The notes below the pieces were generated by a model. It did no database searches and was not told the origin of the DNA. It was given only the letters and a program-made list of their open reading frames with translations. This document shows, piece by piece, positions 57,801 to 64,000 of a stretch of DNA of 64,000 nt. The first letter of the stretch is position 1. Each line of letters starts with the position of its first letter. The position numbers and the translations under genes are program-made. This DNA is from Macrostomum lignano (lineage: Eukaryota): the NCBI GenBank assembly GCA_002269645.1, contig NIVC01002979.1:30207-94206 (forward strand). The letters are read 5' to 3'.

Positions 57801-60800
57801 TTTCACCCATGTATGTCCTTCATACGCAACCGTCAAAAACTGGTTCGCTGAGTTTCGCCGAGGTCGAGAAAGCCTCGAAGATGAACAACGATCCGGGAGA
57901 CCCTGTGACGCAGTGACTCCAGAAAATATCTGCGCTGTGTCCAGCATGATTGCCGCTGACCGGCGAGTGACCTACCAGCAGATCCAGCAGGAGATCGGTA
58001 TTGGATCGGGGAGTGTGCACGCCATTATGCACGAACACCTTGGAGTGCGGAAGCTGGCTTCCCGGTGGATCCCCCATCAGCTGTCGGACGTGCAGAAGGA
58101 CACCAGGGTGGCTTGGTGCCGATTCATGCTGCAGAAATTCGAATCCGGGACCAGCCGGCGTATCTGGGACATCCTCACGGGCGATGAGACCTGGATTTAT
58201 CAATACGACCCCGAAAGCAAGCGCCAGTCAGCCATGTGGACCTTTGGAGACGAGGACAGCCCCACCAAGTTTCGACGCAGCCGGAGTGTCGGCAAGCAGA
58301 TGGTGGCCTGTTTCTTCATGCGCACTGGGCATGTGGCTTCCGTTTCACTTGAAGATCGCCAGACAGTCACCGCTGACTGGTACACAACGGTTTGCCTGCC
58401 CAAGGTCTTTTCTGCTGTGAGCCAGAGGCGCCCAAGGTGCGGAATGCGTGGGGTGCTTCTGCACCACGACAACGCCAGCGCGCACACGGCGGCTCAAACT
58501 CTGGAGTTTCTGGCTGACTGTGGGGTCCAGCTGATGACTCACCCTGCTTACAGTCCAGACCTGGCACCGTGCGACTTTTTTCTGTTTCCGAAGTGCAAGG
58601 AAATTCTGAAGGGCCAGGTCTTTTCTTCACCGGAAGAAGCTGTGAATGAGTTTAAAAACATCATCGAGGAGCTCCGGGATGAGGATTGGCGGCAGTGCTT
58701 CGACAGCTGGTTTCACAGGATGCAAGCCTGTATCAATGCCGGTGGAGAGTATTTTGAGCACTTGTAGTCGTTTTTTAGTTCATTTGTTGCTGTTTTCGTG
58801 TTCAAGCTAAGAACTTTCTGAGTGACCCTCGTACAAGGTAAAAAATAATGTAGTTAATTCAAGAAATGTTATTAAACTTACTTGACATTCGAACTAGCCG
58901 AGTTATCTCTTCCGTGATCTTCAATTCGTCTTGGAATTTCTCGCCGCGACATCGGAACCGATGCTCACGAGCCTCCAGGTCCGACAGTCGGGCAGCGATG
59001 CCGGCTTGGCGGCTGATGGATGCGTTATAATGTTTTTTGGCTTAGGATTTGTCTGCTTTAGCTAGGGATTAGTGCAGTAATGCTAATGCAGCAATATCTA
59101 CGTAGGTGGCCAGACAAAACACAGCCTTTGTCACTTTTGAATAATGATTTCGTTACGGTAGTAGATAATACTAATTAAGGTCCACGTCTATCTATAGCTG
59201 GAGCTCAAAAATAGTAATCAAAACAGTTTTTAGCTGGGGTATGATGGCGATGAACGTGTGATAAAGTAATCTAGTTAGTCATCATTCATAGCTATAGAGG
59301 TAGACAGAAACATGTTAATTAATATTTACATGTAGCTTTCTTTGAATAATTGATTCAATAAAGGAACAAAATAACCTTTCTGTAACTTTTATCAGAATCA
59401 GAACTTTAAAGTATGAGATGGCAGACTAGGAAGTGGAAAATTAAAAAATTAAAGTACAAAAAGAACTAACTAACATACCTTCCCGTCTCGGTTGAACTAG
59501 CTCGTCTCGAGTTAGAACTCTCAACTAGTCTCAGATGATCCCTTAGTCGATAGTTTAAAGTTCTAGTCGACTCAGAATGAGCTCTCTTGGCCCGTACTGC
59601 AGCCAGTTGTTGCTGTTTCAACTGCAGCTCCAATTCAATGGCGTTGGCTTCGAGACGGAGTTTGATGTCGCGGACTGAGGACAGGGGCGATGTGAGCACA
59701 GGAACAGGTGACGTTTAGTCATCTGAGCCGTCTCTATTAACAGGTGATGCTTGTTGGCTTGAGCTGTCTCTATTAACAGGTGATTCTTGTTGGCTTGAGC
59801 TGCCTCTATTAACAGGTGATTCTTGTTGGCTTGAGCTGTCTCTATTAACAGGTGATGCTTGTTGGCTTGAGCTGTCTCTATTAACAGGTGATTCTTGTTG
59901 GCTTGAGCTGCCTCTATTAACAGGTGATTCTTGTTGGCTTGAGCTGCCTCTATTAACAGGTGATTCTTGTTGGCTTGAGCTGCCTCTATTAACAGGTGAT
60001 TCTTGTTGGCTTGAGCTGCCTCTATTAACAGGTGATTCTTGGTGGCTTGAGCTGCCTTTATTAACAGGTGATTCTTGTTGGCTTGAGCTGCCTCTATTAA
60101 CAGGTGATTCTTGGTGGTCCGAGCTGCCTCTATTAACAGGTGATGCTTGGTGATGTTTTTCATAAATATTATTATGAAATTAGAATTATAAATTATAAAA
60201 TTCTTACCAGAATTCAAGTATTCCTGAAATTAAAATGAGGGTGTTGACTAAATGGTTATAGATTTTTAATTTGAAAGTAGAGAATAGTTAGTTAAGCCAT
60301 TTTTGGCCAAAATGAGCAACTCTTTACATTTTTTTTAGATATCATTACCTAAAATAACTTTTACTTAACTTAAATTCAGTCAAGTTATTTCTAAAAGCTA
60401 TTCTTATTATTAAAAGGTAATATAGTAATAATCCAATGATTCACACTTAAATATATATTATAACATAAAAATTACAAGCCTCAAACTATTTTGTGTTAAA
60501 AATAAATAATCTGGGGCCCATACACTATATTAAAGCAATAGCAAATGCTTCTGTTAGCTTCTAAATAAGACTGACCTCTGCCTACAGATCTTTTGAATAT
60601 ATGACAGTAAGTTTAAGATTAGAAGGTAACTATTTTAATTAATAAAAATCAATCTTCAGTTTCATGGTTGAAATTCCATATACTAAAAATGGTCTTTACT
60701 AACTCAAATGCATTTTGTAAGTGTACAAAGAAAACAAACAAGCTAGGCCTAGTGCCTAATTAATGAACCTATTAAATAAAGATCAAAAGCTGCAAAGGGC

Positions 60801-61010
60801 ATATATGCTTTATGTACACACAAAGTATACGTTGTCAGTACTTACTATGCTCCGAAGCTCTTCTTTAGACACCTCCCGATCTGGAGCATTTGGTACACAC
60901 AGGTTTACATCTCTCGGATCAACTTCAAGCAATCGTATTTCAGATAATTCTTTTGCTTCTGTCAATACTTCGTTAAAAAAACACTGCGCTTCTTCATCTA
61001 ACTTATTCAT
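54864..61010 (-). CDS. Coiled-coil protein of unknown family; exons 61010-60846, 60223-60208 (16-nt micro-exon), 59674-59479, 59012-58882, 55141-54864
   Basis: Canonical GTAAG/GTATG donors and pyrimidine-CAG acceptors; phases 0,1,2,1 chain without stops (MNKLDEEAQCFF...RSI|EYLNS|VRDIKLRLEANAIELELQLKQQQ...|RQAGIAARLSDLEARE...|IERLAHRMQ...ENSALE*); start codon tentative. Confidence 0.75.
55175..56350. repeat. 39-43-bp intronic minisatellite (GCTAACCAAACTGCTGGATTTGGCGCTAAATTACACAGCAAA)
   Basis: Tandem units ending about 35 nt from the acceptor of the last exon. Confidence 0.96.
56925..57350. repeat. 31-bp intronic minisatellite (GAGGGGAATTGCTGAGATGTCGAGGCTTACA)
   Basis: About 13 units. Confidence 0.95.
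57522..58831 (+). mobile_element. Full-length mariner transposon (1310 bp), intronic, antisense to host gene
   Basis: TA duplications at 57520-21 and 58832-33; about 30-bp TIRs, first 19 bp identical (CGAGGGTCACTCAGAAAGT); uninterrupted transposase ORF. Confidence 0.97.
57706..58767 (+). CDS. Mariner DD34D transposase, 353 aa
   Basis: HTH N-terminus, RSGRP, WIPHQL, TGDETW, HHDNASAH, YSPDLAPCDF; 34 residues between 2nd and 3rd Asp. Confidence 0.97.
   Translation: MKLENRDFRAMMYLHFKQGKSPAESYQTLQNVFTHVCPSYATVKNWFAEFRRGRESLEDEQRSGRPCDAVTPENICAVSSMIAADRRVTYQQIQQEIGIGSGSVHAIMHEHLGVRKLASRWIPHQLSDVQKDTRVAWCRFMLQKFESGTSRRIWDILTGDETWIYQYDPESKRQSAMWTFGDEDSPTKFRRSRSVGKQMVACFFMRTGHVASVSLEDRQTVTADWYTTVCLPKVFSAVSQRRPRCGMRGVLLHHDNASAHTAAQTLEFLADCGVQLMTHPAYSPDLAPCDFFLFPKCKEILKGQVFSSPEEAVNEFKNIIEELRDEDWRQCFDSWFHRMQACINAGGEYFEHL
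59705..60150. repeat. 36-bp intronic minisatellite (TATTAACAGGTGATTCTTGTTGGCTTGAGCTGCCTC)
   Basis: About 12 units; the NHLLIEAAQANK ORF is not used because the true exon starts at acceptor 59674. Confidence 0.93.
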
Positions 61011-61451
61011 TTCGGGTTCTCTCAGAAGTAAAAATTAAGCAGGAAATTATCCTGTCGTTGTCTCTAACTATTGGGTCGGACCCGTAATTAATACCCGTTG
61101 TATGTATTAATCTGGCGCATGGTCGAAAAACTTGAAAACTTTGAATGCTATTAATGTTTGTTAGTGATTTTTGCAAGAAACACAACCCAAATAATACTAA
61201 AAGCTTAATAGTAAATTGCTAAATTTATGTTAGATAGCTTTAGTACTGGAACTAAACTACATAGCTATTTGTTTTAGTATGTCACGATGTCGATATTGTC
61301 GACATATGTCATATTCAAATATGACCGTGTCTGCAGTGCTTGCTGCACGAGCATTTTTGGATTTATTTCTTACAGGCAACCATGAAAAATAAATCTAGTG
61401 TCTCCTTACAAAATAATGATTAGGTACGCGCATAATTTTGGAGGTTTCGGA

Positions 61452-62129
61452 CTAAACGCTGCTGACATATTGTGAAACTAGAATGCTGGGATTATCTGGG
61501 ATACTATTATGATTAATTGCAAGGAGAGCTCTAGCATCCACTTCCTTAGAAGTATTGCATGCGTTAGTCTCTAAGTCAGAGAGCGAGTCACAAGCTGAAG
61601 TGGGTATTGCTACATTTGCGCGGGTAAAGCTAGACATGAGACTTCTTAATTGAATTAGCGCTTCGTTTCTTCTTACAATTCCTTGACACCTGAAGACTCC
61701 TAAAAGCACTCTTTTGTACTCATCATTCATAAACAGGTAGAAATATGGATTAAGAAAAGCGTTCATGTAGCACATTATCCAAGAAAGAATATAGATAGAA
61801 TCTGTCTTCAAGATGTCAGTCTTTTTCATCATAATCATGTTGTCAAGAATGTGCCAGGGTAAATTAGCCAACAGAAATGAGACTAACACGCAGGTGACTA
61901 TTCGAAAAGACTTGCTGAGTCGACCAGTCACTGTTTGGCGCCGAACAGCTGTGCCGCTGCGATGCAGTCGAAGTCCAGATGAGCTGCCATCCGATTCGTT
62001 TGATTGACTTGTCTGGCCGCCGCTGATCTTAGCTTGCAAGGTTAATTTATTCGAACTAGCGTTAGCGTTGTTGCTACCCGATGCCAACTGGTTCGCCGAT
62101 GATGTCGAGTGCTGCTGGTGTACGTGTCT
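61452..62129 (-). CDS. Class A (rhodopsin-like) GPCR, ICL3-TM6-TM7-C-tail portion
   Basis: TM6 FRIVTCVLVSFLLANLPWHIL, TM7 WIMCYMNAFLNPYFY (NPxxY), helix 8 DEYKRVLL; 225 open codons; possible acceptor TTTCAG at 62130. Confidence 0.85.
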   Translation of the reverse strand, partial: RHVHQQHSTSSANQLASGSNNANASSNKLTLQAKISGGQTSQSNESDGSSSGLRLHRSGTAVRRQTVTGRLSKSFRIVTCVLVSFLLANLPWHILDNMIMMKKTDILKTDSIYILSWIMCYMNAFLNPYFYLFMNDEYKRVLLGVFRCQGIVRRNEALIQLRSLMSSFTRANVAIPTSACDSLSDLETNACNTSKEVDARALLAINHNSIPDNPSILVSQYVSSV

Positions 62130-63695
62130 CTGAAATCGTTTAAGATCGACTTGATTTATAAAACTACATAAATGACGCGGGACACATCAGGAGATCATAG
62201 CCCGGCCTAAACCCATAATTCAATTGCAAATTTCATCATTGGCCTGCTAAGACTGTTATGATTGAATTCGATAGTAAGAATAGAACAGATTGAGCCAATT
62301 TAGCTAGACTATTAATCAAATAAATAAATAAATAGTAGCAGGAGCGGGGAAGATAAATTTACTTAACTGTACAGTATATATTAGTTAATATCTTAGTCCT
62401 TTGCCGTGGCATGGCGCTCTTTCACAGTTGGTGAATCGATCAATTCTGCCGGTGTTAGCCCTGACCGATCGTTGCTAGGCGAAAACGTCCATTTAATTTT
62501 AGCATTCAAGGATCCATTCAAAAATTCGGCGTGCGGGAGAACAAAATAGTATAGTATTTTATCTAACTAAAAATCTAATGAAGTGAGAAGCAGAAAGATT
62601 TTTGCTTCACTAGGAGAAGATTTCGAGCTGTGCTCAGGTAGTCTATATCAACGAGATGGCAAACTAGTCCCACTTCCACTGCCCGCTTCTGTGTCCGATC
62701 CTTTGTCTGAACATATGTTTACTTTTTCTACCACTTTGCTGTGTGCGATTGATTCTCTGTTCGAGTAACTGTCCGATTCTGTGTCCGATTCTGTGTCCGA
62801 TTCTGTGTCCGATTCTGTGTCCGATTCTGTGTCCGATCCTTTGTCTGAACATATGTTTACTTTTTCTACCACTTTGTTGTGTGCGATTGATTCTCTGTTC
62901 GAGTAACTGTCCGATTCTGTGTCCGATTCTGTGTCCGATTCTGTGTCCGATTCTGTGTCCGATTCTGTGTCCGATTCTGTGTCCGATTCTGTGTCCGATT
63001 ATGTGTCCGATTCTGTGTCCGATTCTGTGTCCGATTCTGTGTCCGATTCTGTGTCCGATTCTGTGTCCGATTCTGTGTCCGTTTCTTTGTCCAATTCTGT
63101 GTCCGATTATGTGTCCGATTCTGTGTCCGATTCTGTGTCCGATTCTGTGTCCGATTCTGTGTCCGATTCTGTGTCCGATTCTGTGTCCGATTCTGTGTCC
63201 GATTCTGTGTCCGATTCTGTGTCCGATTCTGTGTCCGATTCTGTGTCCGATTCTGTGTCCGATTCTGTGTCCGATTCTGTGTCCGATTCTGTGTCCAATT
63301 CTGTGTCCGATTCTGTGTCCGATTCTGTGTCCGATTCTGTGTCCGATTCTGTATCCGATTCTGTGTCCGATTCTGTGTCCGATTCTGTGTCCAATTCTGT
63401 GTTTGATTCTGTGTCCGATTCTGTACCAAATTCTCTGTCCGCTTCTCTGTCCAATTCTCTGTCCAATTCCGATTTGCTGTTTGATGCTGTATCCATGATC
63501 TCAATTCTACCGTCAAACCTTTAATCAATCAGCATATCCCTATATAGCGTTGGAAGAATCCCAGTATCATGCTGCTAAAGCCACATACAGTAGAGCAACC
63601 TAATTCAGCCAACACGCCCACCACACTTGTCAGTTTGAATTTGGAAAAGCCGAACTGCAAGAGGCGCTGATGCGAGATGCCAGGCAGAATCAACT
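62130..63695 (-). pseudogene. Disrupted 5' half of the GPCR (TM3-like, possible TM4/TM5 remnants) split by a minisatellite
   Basis: 63695-63532 encodes GCSTVCGFSSMILGFFQRYIGIC then TGA (63531-63529); AKIFLLLTSLDF*LDKILYYFVLP near 62600-62540; VIYVVL*IKSIL near 62180. Confidence 0.45.
62690..63475. repeat. 12-bp minisatellite (GTCCGATTCTGT) with a duplicated about 140-bp block at its left end
   Basis: Tandem units; CCTTTGTCTGAACATATGTTTACTTTTTCTACCAC occurs at about 62700 and about 62838. Confidence 0.96.
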
Positions 63696-64000
63696 CTGCA
63701 GCTATTTATTGATTTCTTGTCAGTTCTATATATAAGCGATCTATAACGATTATGATTGAAACTTGCGAGAATTTTTTAGTAGGGATTTTACACGTTTGGG
63801 ATTTAAAAAACGATTGGGATTGATATGGCTTTATATTAACATAATATTCCCATGAGAGAGAGATGAAAGTTGATTATACACTAGAACTAGCTTTGACAGT
63901 AATATAGGCCTATTCATTCACGCCTCATCAGGTGCAAGCACTTTGCACGCAAGTTCGAGATCGATAAGCCTAGAAGGCTGGAGTTTTTCTATGCTAATTA

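Noticed and set aside
59618-60217. NHLLIEAAQANK repeat as a coding helical repeat
   Set aside because: Lies between a valid donor (60207) and acceptor (59675); the spliced frame differs
62866-63524. SD-repeat (Sdr/DSPP-like) or RTQN-repeat protein
   Set aside because: 12-bp minisatellite; the SDTE frame contains TAA variants and no frame links to a credible gene
62130-63531. Stop-codon reassignment or A-to-I rescue (GAA/TAA swaps in the repeat, TGA/TAG at Trp-like positions)
   Set aside because: INTS6, DCAF4-like, PTAR1-like and the transposase use the standard code with no internal stops; frameshifts are also needed, so decay or error is simpler
1-64000. CRISPR-like arrays
   Set aside because: All arrays are head-to-tail with no unique spacers, no cas genes, eukaryotic context

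Overview
Eukaryotic (animal) genomic DNA with spliceosomal introns and one 128-N gap (21131-21258). More than 30 minisatellite or microsatellite arrays of about 25 distinct motifs fill introns and spacers. Together with GC-rich exons, this resembles a free-living flatworm such as Macrostomum (inference, not verified). Genes recognisable by hand: a secreted neuropeptide-like precursor with CCAAT/TATA promoter (18.2-21.0 kb, +); an orphan single-exon ORF (22015-22788); a co-directional cluster of DCAF4-like (intronless), INTS6 (5 exons, 914 aa, probable GC-AG first intron) and PTAR1-like genes (35.5-50.6 kb, +); a 5-exon coiled-coil gene with a 16-nt micro-exon (54864-61010, -); and a class A GPCR with intact TM6-TM7 but a disrupted 5' half (61.4-63.7 kb, -). 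Mobile DNA: an apparently intact 1310-bp DD34D mariner, a decayed RTE-type LINE, a CORE-SINE, two copies of another tRNA-derived SINE (one split by a MITE), a hAT MITE, a 597-bp TA-flanked foldback MITE and a further foldback element. Most long ORFs in the supplied track are artefacts of tandem repeats. Most notable: inverted minisatellite copies flanking in-frame INTS6 exon 3, the unrecognised peptide-hormone precursor, a CpG-depleted island of about 4 kb with a decayed ORF and a 6-nt micro-exon, and the half-decayed GPCR. All coordinates, counts and homologies were derived by eye; no database searches were run.
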